In this document: in pieces, positions 1-7,333 of the stretch
Numbering within the stretch: position 1 is the first letter of the stretch
Layout: the number at the start of each line of letters is the position of its first letter
Source of the DNA: Caedimonas varicaedens
Lineage (GTDB): Bacteria; Pseudomonadota; Alphaproteobacteria; Caedimonadales; Caedimonadaceae
Direction: 5' to 3'
DNA length: 9,869 nucleotides
NCBI GenBank assembly: GCA_001192655.1
Contig: BBVC01000076.1
Location: forward strand, 1 to 9,869
Translations under genes and position numbers: made by a program
The notes under the pieces: generated by a model
Databases searched by the model: none
What the model saw: only the letters and a program-made list of their open reading frames with translations
Told to the model about the DNA's origin: nothing

Positions 1-98
1 ACTCCAACACCAAAGAGATCCGCCGTTTCAGCAAAACTCAAATTTTTCTTCTTTTTTACAGATAAAACACGAAGTCTAAAATCTAATGAATAGGTCAT
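1..98 (-). CDS. IS630-family transposase, N-terminal 32 codons only (partial, runs off the window)
   Basis: The reverse complement of 98..1 translates as MTYSLDFRLRVLSVKKKKNLSFAETADLFGVG. This matches the characteristic M-x-YSLDFR-x-[KR]VL...LSF-x-E-x-A..FGV helix-turn-helix N-terminus of IS630-family transposases. A good SD lies 7 nt upstream. The ORF track misses it because it is truncated by the window edge. Confidence 0.7.
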   Translation of the reverse strand, partial: MTYSLDFRLRVLSVKKKKNLSFAETADLFGVG

Positions 99-137
99 GG
101 AATAATCCTCTTAAAAATTATCCATAATATAACCATT

Positions 138-156
138 TTAAAGGTTTTTAGCTATA
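138..156. repeat. Terminal inverted repeat of the IS, left copy (partner at 9851-9869)
   Basis: Direct comparison: the reverse complement of 9851-9869 (tatagctaaaaacctttaa) equals 138-156 at 19/19 positions. The match runs to the window edge, so it probably continues. Confidence 0.85.
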
Positions 157-461
157 ATACAGTGATTATCCATCGGCTCGCACACCATAAAACCCGTCTG
201 AGAGATCACATCGTAGCAGGTAAGCCCCAGGTCGATGAAATGATCACAGCCCTTCAAAGCCATATAGATACAGTGTTGCCAGGAGATGCACAGCTTGCAG
301 CAACTCAGAAAATTTACAATTTGATGGTTCAGCAAGCTTATGTGCTAACGTTTGCTGATACATTCTATCTGATTGCTCTTTTATTTTTTGGATTACTTGT
401 CTTCGTCCCCTTTATCAAGAAACCCGTTATGGAAGATCAGAGCATTGAAACTCATGGATGA
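157..461 (+). pseudogene. 3' remnant (about the last 100 codons) of an EmrB/QacA-type MFS efflux permease, cut off by the IS
   Basis: The translation HRLAHHKTRLRDHIVAGKPQV...AATQKIYNLMVQQAYVLTFADTFYLIALLFFGLLVFVPFIKKP has the layout of the EmrB C-terminus: an R-x-x-HH-x-x-L-x-[DE] segment, a soluble loop, the last TM helix, then a KPP-like end. EmrB-type proteins are ~500 aa. Here the homology starts right at the IS boundary, with only a GTG at 162 and no RBS. Confidence 0.6.
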
Positions 462-2083
462 TTTTTTATCAGCACATCCTTTGATGTTTCTTCAACCAAG
501 ATCATTTTTCGACCCTCTGCACGCAAGTTTTCAAAAGTATTTTTCCTGAGAAAGGCATACACTTTGTGAGGACTATCCCAAAACTCCCAAAATTTTTGGC
601 GCGAGATCATCCAGGATGTTGTATCTTCTTGTTGCATGCCAAATCCCAATTCTCCTATCCATGCCGTAACCATCACTGTCTGATTCAAATAAACAGGGAG
701 ATCCTGATAATATTTTTCATAGCAGATAATTTTATCACCCGACAGACGTAGTCTTTGCACTGTTAGCGCAAGGGGTTTGATAGATCGCTCTGCTAGCGTT
801 GACCAGGCGGCATTCAGCGTTATAAAAATCACCACAGAAACACTGACAATAGAAATCAAGGCTGACCTTACACGTCCTCGAGAAACAAAAAAGCCGGGAA
901 CAATAGCACCTGACAGCAACGACACTAAAAAGAGACCAAGAAAAAAACCCAAACTTTTCAAGCTTTCCAAAAGTTCCTGCGTATAAAAAATAATGGGAAG
1001 GGCAAAAATCAACAGGATACAGACCAAACGAAAAGCCTGAACGCCCCATACAAAGCCCAGAGCATTTTTATTCTCTCTCCAGAATTTTCCTATATAGACT
1101 CCCAAAAACAAGGATAGAGGAGGGAAAATCGGTAGAATATAGGGAATAAGCTTTGAATGAGAAATGGAAAAAAAGATAAAAACGAAACCAACCCATAACC
1201 CAAGAAACTGGATGATGTCTCCGGGAAGTTTTTTCCACGCATGATTAACAGCCTGAGGTAGAAAATGAATCCAGGGAAATAACCCTACAAGAAGAATAGG
1301 GATAAAAAACCACCAAGGTTGGAAACGTCCATGTTCAATCGTTGTAAAGCGCGTGAAGTGTTCATAAATGAAGTAAAAATAGGGGAATTCAGGATTTTTA
1401 AGACTGACTAGAATATGCCAGGGTGCTGCAATCAGAAAGAAAAGCAAGACCCCCCAAGGCTTGAAAGCTAATTTAAGTTCAGACCAACGCTTCCAGGGAA
1501 TTGTCCATAATAAAATGATTGTACCAGGAATAACGGCGCCGATGATGCCTTTCGTTAAAACAGCCAGGGCAGAACCTGTATAAAATCCCAAAAGCCAGCT
1601 ATTTTGAGTTCGCGAAGATGGTGATTTAGCAGCCAGAAGGAAACTTAAAAGTGTTAGAGAAAGAAAAACTGTCACGCCCAAGTCCAGAATCAATAAACGT
1701 GTATGGGCATAATAAAGACTACAAGTCGCAAGAATAGCTGCTGAAGCCCAGGCTTCTTCCCGACCAAAAAGCAATCGAGCAACAATAAAAATCCATACGC
1801 AACCCAGGATGCCCAACAAGGCTGGCAAAAGTCGCAAAGACCACTCAGAAAGCCCAAAAAATTTAATAGTTACAGCTTCCATCCAGTACATCAAGGGAGG
1901 TTTTTCAAAATATTTAACGCCATTGAGGCGAGGCGTAAGATAATCGCCACTCACAACCATTTCACGGGGAATTTCTGCATAACGTCCTTCATCCGGTGTA
2001 GAAAGAGGACGTTGCCCCAGCATAAAGCCAAACAGGATTGTCAGAAATAGAAGCAATAGGAGCAGTTCCCGCCGAAACGTCAT
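452..2083 (-). CDS. ArnT-like polyprenyl-phosphate-sugar : lipid A/glycan glycosyltransferase (GT83/GT39 family, polytopic membrane protein)
   Basis: 543-aa ORF whose N-terminus has the ArnT/PMT signature DEGRYAEIPREMVVSGDYLTPRLNGVKYFEKPPLMYW. About 12 hydrophobic segments follow, then a C-terminal soluble domain. The SD AAGGA lies 8 nt upstream of the ATG at 2083. The sugar substrate cannot be read from the sequence. Confidence 0.85.
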   Translation of the reverse strand: MTFRRELLLLLLFLTILFGFMLGQRPLSTPDEGRYAEIPREMVVSGDYLTPRLNGVKYFEKPPLMYWMEAVTIKFFGLSEWSLRLLPALLGILGCVWIFIVARLLFGREEAWASAAILATCSLYYAHTRLLILDLGVTVFLSLTLLSFLLAAKSPSSRTQNSWLLGFYTGSALAVLTKGIIGAVIPGTIILLWTIPWKRWSELKLAFKPWGVLLFFLIAAPWHILVSLKNPEFPYFYFIYEHFTRFTTIEHGRFQPWWFFIPILLVGLFPWIHFLPQAVNHAWKKLPGDIIQFLGLWVGFVFIFFSISHSKLIPYILPIFPPLSLFLGVYIGKFWRENKNALGFVWGVQAFRLVCILLIFALPIIFYTQELLESLKSLGFFLGLFLVSLLSGAIVPGFFVSRGRVRSALISIVSVSVVIFITLNAAWSTLAERSIKPLALTVQRLRLSGDKIICYEKYYQDLPVYLNQTVMVTAWIGELGFGMQQEDTTSWMISRQKFWEFWDSPHKVYAFLRKNTFENLRAEGRKMILVEETSKDVLIKNHP

Positions 2084-2247
2084 TCAAGTTATCCTTTATC
2101 CAGATTGGAAAGGCAGTTTAATAGAGAAGAAGCAATTTGTCATCTCACCAAAATCTGAAAAATCATAAAAATAAGGATTTCAAATTGCGTCTTACGCAAG
2201 AATCTGACAGAATTCAAATAATTTTTTCAAATCTTTAAGGAACAACG

Positions 2248-3549
2248 ATGAGACTCTCCTATTATTTTCTGCCCACGCTCAAGGAAAACCCTAGTGAAGC
2301 GCAGATTATTTCCCATCGCCTTATGCTAAGAACAGGAATGATTTTTCAGGCAAGTGCAGGAATTTATGCGTGGCTTCCCCTGGGAACGCGCGTTCTTCGA
2401 AAGATTGAACAAATTGTACGCGAAGAACAAGACCGCACAGGCGCACAAGAGATCCTCATGCCCACCATTCAATCAGCGGAATTATGGCGAGAGAGCGGCC
2501 GCTATGACGCCTATGGACTTGAGATGTTGCGCATTACCGATCGACATGATCGTGAGATGCTTTACTCGCCTACAGCTGAGGAATTGGTGACGGATATTGC
2601 TCGTAAGCACATCAAAAGTTATCGTGACCTTCCCAGGATGATGTATCAAATTCAGTGGAAATTTCGGGATGAGATTCGTCCCCGCTTTGGTGTCATGCGA
2701 GGACGCGAATTTCTCATGAAAGACTGCTACAGTTTTGACCTCAATTATGAGGGTGCCCTCGTTTCCTACCGCAAAATGCTGGAAGCTTATATCAAAACTT
2801 TTTCACGCATGGGATTGACGGCAATTCCTGTCAAGGCAGACTCAGGCGCTATTGGTGGCGATTTAAGTCAGGAATTTCAAGTACTTGCGTCAACAGGAGA
2901 AAGTCTTGTTTTTTATGATCAAGCACTGGACAGTATAGTCAAAAACAAGGGAGAAGTTGACGTTAATCGTCTGATGAGTCTTTATGCCGCCGAAGAAGGA
3001 TTGCATGATCCTCAGAAATGCCCCGTCCCTGAAGACCAGCTGAAAACAGCGCGCGGCATTGAAGTCGGGCATATTTTTTATTTTGCAACGAAATACTCCG
3101 ATGCCTTTAATGCCTGTGTCACAGGAAAAGATGGTGAGACAATCCCTTTGCATATGGGCAGCTACGGAATTGGCGTCTCAAGGCTTGTCGGTGCACTGAT
3201 TGAAGCCAACCACGATGAAGCCGGGATCATTTGGCCGGAATCGGTCGCGCCCTTTATCGTAGGCTTACTGAATTTGAAACCCGGTGACAATAAGTGTGAT
3301 ACCTTGTGTGAAGAAATCTATCATAAATTTTTAAATCAGGGGATAGAAGTCCTCTATGATGATCGCAACGAACGCCCGGGAGCAAAATTTGCAAACATGG
3401 ATCTTATTGGTATTCCCTGGCAAATTCGAGTCGGTACACGAACAATGGAGACAGGACAAATTGAGATGAAATGCCGAAGATCAGGTGAAATTCAGGAGCT
3501 TTCATTTGAATCTGCCCTGACCTCTCTCAAGAAAAGGATGGCGACTTAA
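2248..3549 (+). CDS. proS: Proline--tRNA ligase (class II), short alphaproteobacterial type without the INS editing domain
   Basis: 433 aa. The N-terminus [32 protein letters not shown] is typical of bacterial ProRS. Motif 2 is [21 protein letters not shown] and motif 3 is [15 protein letters not shown]-terminal anticodon-binding domain is present. The SD AAGGA lies upstream. Confidence 0.95.
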   Translation: MRLSYYFLPTLKENPSEAQIISHRLMLRTGMIFQASAGIYAWLPLGTRVLRKIEQIVREEQDRTGAQEILMPTIQSAELWRESGRYDAYGLEMLRITDRHDREMLYSPTAEELVTDIARKHIKSYRDLPRMMYQIQWKFRDEIRPRFGVMRGREFLMKDCYSFDLNYEGALVSYRKMLEAYIKTFSRMGLTAIPVKADSGAIGGDLSQEFQVLASTGESLVFYDQALDSIVKNKGEVDVNRLMSLYAAEEGLHDPQKCPVPEDQLKTARGIEVGHIFYFATKYSDAFNACVTGKDGETIPLHMGSYGIGVSRLVGALIEANHDEAGIIWPESVAPFIVGLLNLKPGDNKCDTLCEEIYHKFLNQGIEVLYDDRNERPGAKFANMDLIGIPWQIRVGTRTMETGQIEMKCRRSGEIQELSFESALTSLKKRMAT

Positions 3550-4796
3550 TGTCTTTCGCTTTTATTCGGAAAGTCGCTTTTCGATATCTGAAACCCAGTC
3601 GCAAAGAAGGATTTGTCTCGGTTATTGCGGGTTTTTCTTTTTTGGGAATCTTGTTGGGAGTTGCGACCCTCATTATCGTGATGTCTGTGATGAACGGTTT
3701 TCGTGAAGATCTTTTCGCTCGCATTTTGGGCTTTAATGGTCATATTGCTGTTGCAGGACTGACGCGCGAGGGATTTAAGGATTATGACGCTGCGGTTCAT
3801 AAAATTAAAAACCTGAAAGAAGTGATCAGCGCAACGCCTGTCATCGAAGCCCAATCCATGGTTATGCAACAGGGAACGGCTTTTGGTGTTCTGGTTCATG
3901 GGATTCGTCTTTCCGATCTGGAACAGCGAAAGTTGGTTTCTGACCATATCATCATGGGCTCTCTGGAAAAATTTTCTCAACCTAACGCAATTGTTATTGG
4001 TCGAAAATTAGCGGAAAAGCTTGAAGTTTTGCCGGGCGACAGCATTACGCTCGTGGCACCCGAAGGAAATCCTACGGCCTTTGGCATGGCGCCTCGCCTT
4101 CGCAAGTTTATCATTTCTGCCATTTTTGATGTGGGAATGAAAGATTATGACGGAAGCGTTGTCTTTATTCCCCTGGCATCCGCACAAAAGTTTTATCGTC
4201 TCCCAGATGCCGTCTCAGGCATTGAGATTTTTGTTCAACATCCTCAACATATTCAGGGTATGACAACCGAAATCGTCAATACCCTAGGAGAAGGCGCGCG
4301 CGTCATCGATTGGCAAAAAGCTAACGAGAAATATGCCGTTGCGGTTGAAGTGGAAAGAAATGTTATGTTTACAATTCTTACGCTTATTATTCTGGTGGCT
4401 TCTTTCAATATTGTCTCTAGCCTGATTATGCTCGTCAAAGATAAAGTCCAGGATATTGCCATCCTGCGCACTATGGGAGCAACCCAAGGCATGATTATGG
4501 CTATCTTTTTTGTGTCAGGCTCTACCATTGGTGTAACGGGCATTCTTGCGGGAAGCGCCCTTGGCATCGCGTTTGCTCTGAATATTGAAACAATCCGAAG
4601 GATTATTGAAAAGTTGTCAGGCACAAACCTCTTCAGTCCTGAAATTTACTTCCTTTCCAAACTCCCCGCCAAGATTGATTCCTATGAAGTAGCTGCTGTC
4701 ATTGTCATGGCGTTTATCCTTGTTTTTCTGGCATCTCTTTATCCATCATGGCGCGCAGCAAAGCTGGATCCCGTAGAGGCCTTGCGTTATGAATAA
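3549..4796 (+). CDS. lolE: Lipoprotein-releasing ABC transporter permease, LolC/E family (single copy, LolF-like arrangement)
   Basis: 415 aa. The N-terminus FRYLKPSRKEGFVSVIAGFSFLGILLGVATLIIVMSVMNGF is the canonical LolC/E/MacB-type start. It has a large periplasmic domain and a C-terminal FtsX-type 3-TM bundle ending in YPSWRAAKLDPVEALRYE. Its start overlaps the proS stop (TAATG at 3547-3551). Confidence 0.9.
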   Translation: MSFAFIRKVAFRYLKPSRKEGFVSVIAGFSFLGILLGVATLIIVMSVMNGFREDLFARILGFNGHIAVAGLTREGFKDYDAAVHKIKNLKEVISATPVIEAQSMVMQQGTAFGVLVHGIRLSDLEQRKLVSDHIIMGSLEKFSQPNAIVIGRKLAEKLEVLPGDSITLVAPEGNPTAFGMAPRLRKFIISAIFDVGMKDYDGSVVFIPLASAQKFYRLPDAVSGIEIFVQHPQHIQGMTTEIVNTLGEGARVIDWQKANEKYAVAVEVERNVMFTILTLIILVASFNIVSSLIMLVKDKVQDIAILRTMGATQGMIMAIFFVSGSTIGVTGILAGSALGIAFALNIETIRRIIEKLSGTNLFSPEIYFLSKLPAKIDSYEVAAVIVMAFILVFLASLYPSWRAAKLDPVEALRYE

Positions 4797-5472
4797 TACG
4801 CCGACTCTTGAACTGCGCCACCTGCAAAGGACTTTCAAACAGGGCGAGATTATTTTAAATGTTTTGAAAGATATTAACTTTAGCCTGAAAGCAGGAGAAA
4901 TTGTTGCTCTCGTTGGTCCTTCAGGCTCGGGAAAATCTACCTTGCTCCAACTGGCTGGCTTACTTGAGCGCCCTTCAAGTGGAGAGATCTTTATTCAGGG
5001 ACAACCCTGTAATCAGATGACAGATAAACAACGCACAGCCATGCGATGCCAAACCATTGGTTATGTCTATCAATTTCACCATTTATTGCCCGAATTCACA
5101 GCCCTTGAAAATATTGTTCTTCCTCAAATGATTGCAGGTATTTCGTCTATAGATGCCCAGAAAAAAGCCCAACAGCTTTTGAAAAATCTCTCTCTTGAAA
5201 ATCGTGCGACCCATCGCCCTTCCCGGCTCTCCGGTGGAGAGCAACAACGGGTGGCCATTCTGCGCGCGCTGGCCAACAATCCCGCTCTTCTCATTGCGGA
5301 TGAACCAACAGGAAATTTGGACGAAAGCACATCCCAACAAGTTTTTGATGAACTGATGAATTTGGTTAAGGGTTCCAATATGGCCGCCCTTGTGGCAACC
5401 CACAATGTTGAGTTGGCAAAAAAAATGGATCGCATTGTGACACTTCATAAAGGCACGTTGAAGGAAAATTAG
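4789..5472 (+). CDS. lolD: Lipoprotein-releasing system ATP-binding protein
   Basis: 227 aa. Walker A is GPSGSGKST, the ABC signature is LSGGEQQRVA, Walker B is LLIADEPTGNLD, and the H-loop is ATHN. It overlaps the permease gene by 8 nt, which suggests translational coupling. Confidence 0.92.
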   Translation: MNNTPTLELRHLQRTFKQGEIILNVLKDINFSLKAGEIVALVGPSGSGKSTLLQLAGLLERPSSGEIFIQGQPCNQMTDKQRTAMRCQTIGYVYQFHHLLPEFTALENIVLPQMIAGISSIDAQKKAQQLLKNLSLENRATHRPSRLSGGEQQRVAILRALANNPALLIADEPTGNLDESTSQQVFDELMNLVKGSNMAALVATHNVELAKKMDRIVTLHKGTLKEN

Positions 5473-5516
5473 AAAAAATCAAAAAAATCTATGTAAGCTC
5501 TTGATTTATTCCCATT

Positions 5517-5546
5517 TTGTCAATATAAGACTCCCACATATATAAT
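5517..5546 (+). promoter_or_regulatory. Candidate sigma70-type promoter (TTGTCA - 18 nt - TATAAT) facing the F-box ORF
   Basis: The -35-like ttgtca is at 5517-5522 and a perfect tataat is at 5541-5546. The DNA here is AT-rich, so such matches arise by chance. It would imply a ~270-nt leader. Confidence 0.25.
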
Positions 5547-5818
5547 GACATAAAGTTTGGAGCTTATTCTGTGTTTAATTTAGTTATAAAAAAAATAACA
5601 TCTTTTTCAGAAGAACTAAAATTAAATTCCTTTTATCAGAATATATTTAATCTCTATTTCAAAATCCGGGTAGGCGAACGAGCGATGAATTCCGCGCAGC
5701 GTACATAAAGTACGTGAGCAAGGGCGCCAACGACCCTCAGGTTTTGAAAGGCGAAGGTTATCCCTTCATCTGTAATCTCTGCTCTACATCTGAATTATTT
5801 GACAAGAAAGAAAAGAAT

Positions 5819-6580
5819 ATGCGTTTTATAGAAAAATTGTTTTTGATTATCATTTTGACTTTTACAATGACAAATATGTCTGCCTTGTCGTCTTATGAAG
5901 AAGAAGAAAAATACTTTTCAAAAAAGAAAAATTTCTCTGTCTCTTTCCAAATACAACCAAAAATCAAAATAGCAACTGCACAGGGAATACCTGACGATCT
6001 CTGGAAGGAAATTTTTCTTCATCTACCAAGTGATCGTTACTTATTCGCGCGACAAATTTGCAAAAGGTTTTATTTGTTATTAGCAGATAAATCATGCGTT
6101 ATAGAACACTTCAAATATCAGACAAATCGCCTCAACTTACCTCTTTTAATTCAAAATTTTAATAAATTGCCATTTTCACCTGATAACTCTCTCAGTGATA
6201 TGCACACAAATCTGCAATCTTTTGAGAACCAATATAAAGAGAAGATTGATGTGTTATGGCAAGAAACAAATATTCATTTAAAAATTCTGAGTCAAAGAAC
6301 TATTTCTTTTCAGAAAATAGACAAGGAAAACATTGATCCCCGTTTGGGGAACCAGGCTCAATATGAGGAATTTCCCCTGAATAAACTTATTAAAATAGTA
6401 AGAAGGCATTTTAATAAGTTTTCTAAAGCTTCCATGAGAGGACACGTCCTTTGCGTGAATCAGAAAAAATCAAGGTTTTATAGGGAAAATATGAATTCCA
6501 TTCGAAATTACTCTGCCGCTCATTATGGTTTTTCACTGAAGCTCAGAGATATGAATAATCTAAAATTCCCAAGGAATTAG
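5819..6580 (+). CDS. F-box domain protein with an N-terminal signal peptide or membrane anchor (eukaryote-like, candidate host-targeting effector)
   Basis: The ORF is open from 5651; the track starts it at GTG 5714. I prefer ATG 5819 (MRFIEKLFLIIILTFTMTNMSALS...), which has a purine-rich stretch upstream and a classic n/h/c signal-like N-terminus. Residues encoded at 5987-6082, IPDDLWKEIFLHLPSDRYLFARQICKRFYLLL, track the F-box consensus LPdEllleIlsrLdpkdLlrlrlVcKRWrsL. The remaining ~165 aa have no repeat family I recognise. Confidence 0.75.
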   Translation: MRFIEKLFLIIILTFTMTNMSALSSYEEEEKYFSKKKNFSVSFQIQPKIKIATAQGIPDDLWKEIFLHLPSDRYLFARQICKRFYLLLADKSCVIEHFKYQTNRLNLPLLIQNFNKLPFSPDNSLSDMHTNLQSFENQYKEKIDVLWQETNIHLKILSQRTISFQKIDKENIDPRLGNQAQYEEFPLNKLIKIVRRHFNKFSKASMRGHVLCVNQKKSRFYRENMNSIRNYSAAHYGFSLKLRDMNNLKFPRN

Positions 6581-6606
6581 AATCAAAAAAGGATACTGAA
6601 CGTTTT

Positions 6607-7263
6607 CTAACAAAGGGTTTGTCCTGTTTTTGCCCAGTCAGCCAGAAAGCTTTGCAATCCGTTGTTGGTCAAGGGATGATCATACAGTTGTCTGAAAATT
6701 TTTCCCGGCAAAGTGACAACATCTGCTCCTGCTTTGGCTGCCTGAACAACATGCAGGGGATGGCGGATTGAGGCTGCCAAAACTTCCGTCGTCAGCGAAG
6801 AATAGTTTTGGTAAATATGACAAATTTCCTCAATCAGCAAAAGTCCATCGAAGCTGATATCATCCAGACGCCCAATAAAGGGTGAGACGAAACTAGCGCC
6901 TGCTTTCGCTGCCAAAAGAGCCTGTGCCGCAGAAAAGCAAAGTGTGACGTTAACGTCGATATTTTTCTCTCTAAGCGATTTGCAGGCCTTTAATCCGTCC
7001 ATAGTCAAGGGAACTTTAATAATCACATTGGGGGCAATTTGACTAAGGACAAGACCCTCTTTCATCATCTCTTCATAATTTGTTGCAACGACTTCGGCGC
7101 TGACAGGACCGGCAACAAGACGGCAAATCTCTTCAATAACTTTTTTGATATTCTGTCCCGATTTTGCAATCAGGGAGGGATTGGTCGTCACACCATCGAT
7201 CAACCCTGTCTGGGCATATTCCCTTATTTCCTGAACATCCGCACTATCGAGAAAAATTTTCAT
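6607..7263 (-). CDS. tal: Short-form transaldolase / fructose-6-phosphate aldolase family (class I aldolase TIM barrel)
   Basis: 218 aa. [36 protein letters not shown]..., IIKVPLT (Schiff-base Lys region), SPFIGRLDD and [13 protein letters not shown] are near-identical in pattern to Bacillus/Thermotoga-type Tal/FSA. The SD GAAGGA lies 8 nt upstream of the ATG at 7263. Confidence 0.93.
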   Translation of the reverse strand: MKIFLDSADVQEIREYAQTGLIDGVTTNPSLIAKSGQNIKKVIEEICRLVAGPVSAEVVATNYEEMMKEGLVLSQIAPNVIIKVPLTMDGLKACKSLREKNIDVNVTLCFSAAQALLAAKAGASFVSPFIGRLDDISFDGLLLIEEICHIYQNYSSLTTEVLAASIRHPLHVVQAAKAGADVVTLPGKIFRQLYDHPLTNNGLQSFLADWAKTGQTLC

Positions 7264-7333
7264 CTTGCAGTTCCTTCATTTCAAGCGTTTAACTGATCTC
7301 ATAAATTATTAAATCTGCGGCGAGTATAGCAAA

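Larger units (their letters stand above)
1..156 (-). mobile_element. Inner end of an IS630-family (Tc1/mariner superfamily) insertion sequence that continues beyond the left window edge
   Basis: The terminal 19 nt (138-156, ttaaaggtttttagctata) recur as a perfect reverse complement at 9851-9869. Identity stops exactly at 156/9851, next to TA dinucleotides, which are the IS630 target. A ~58-nt leader with the SD AAGAGGA (rc of ~105-111) precedes a transposase-like start codon at 98. Confidence 0.7.

Noticed and set aside
735-1049. ORFs 735-1049 (-), 777-986 (+) and 566-751 (+), which overlap the arnT-like gene.
   Set aside because: They are alternative-frame or antisense ORFs inside a well-supported 543-aa membrane protein gene, with no motifs and no independent start signals.
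2354-2590. 78-aa same-strand, out-of-frame ORF within proS. A similar one lies at 8398-8616 within priA.
   Set aside because: They are embedded in highly conserved coding regions whose main frame explains the sequence. There is no RBS or recognisable product.
3546-3980. 144-aa minus-strand ORF antisense to the lol permease gene. Similar long antisense ORFs lie at 4253-4624, 5083-5448, 5124-5435, 7661-8014 and 8561-9007.
   Set aside because: All lie entirely inside strongly supported genes on the opposite strand. Their products are low-complexity, Arg/Ser/Lys-rich, have no recognisable motifs and have no RBS. They are typical shadow ORFs.
5666-5770. Considered whether the GC-rich block is a tRNA, a tmRNA fragment or an island attachment site.
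   Set aside because: There is no acceptor-stem complementarity and no GTTCRANYC T-loop. The GAAGG/CCTTC hairpin has only a 5-nt loop. It does not fold into a cloverleaf by eye.
5714-5818. Track start (GTG 5714) that adds 35 residues (MSKGANDPQVLKGEGYPFICNLCSTSELFDKKEKN) to the F-box ORF.
   Set aside because: There is no SD-like sequence before the GTG. ATG 5819 gives a canonical signal-peptide N-terminus with a purine-rich upstream stretch. The extension is kept only as an alternative and discussed under the GC-rich block finding.
6581-6625. Looked for a bidirectional terminator between the convergent F-box ORF and tal. A small ACAAA-ggg-TTTGT hairpin lies at ~6610-6622.
   Set aside because: The stem is only 5 bp, AT-rich and lies inside the last tal codons. 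It is not a convincing intrinsic terminator.
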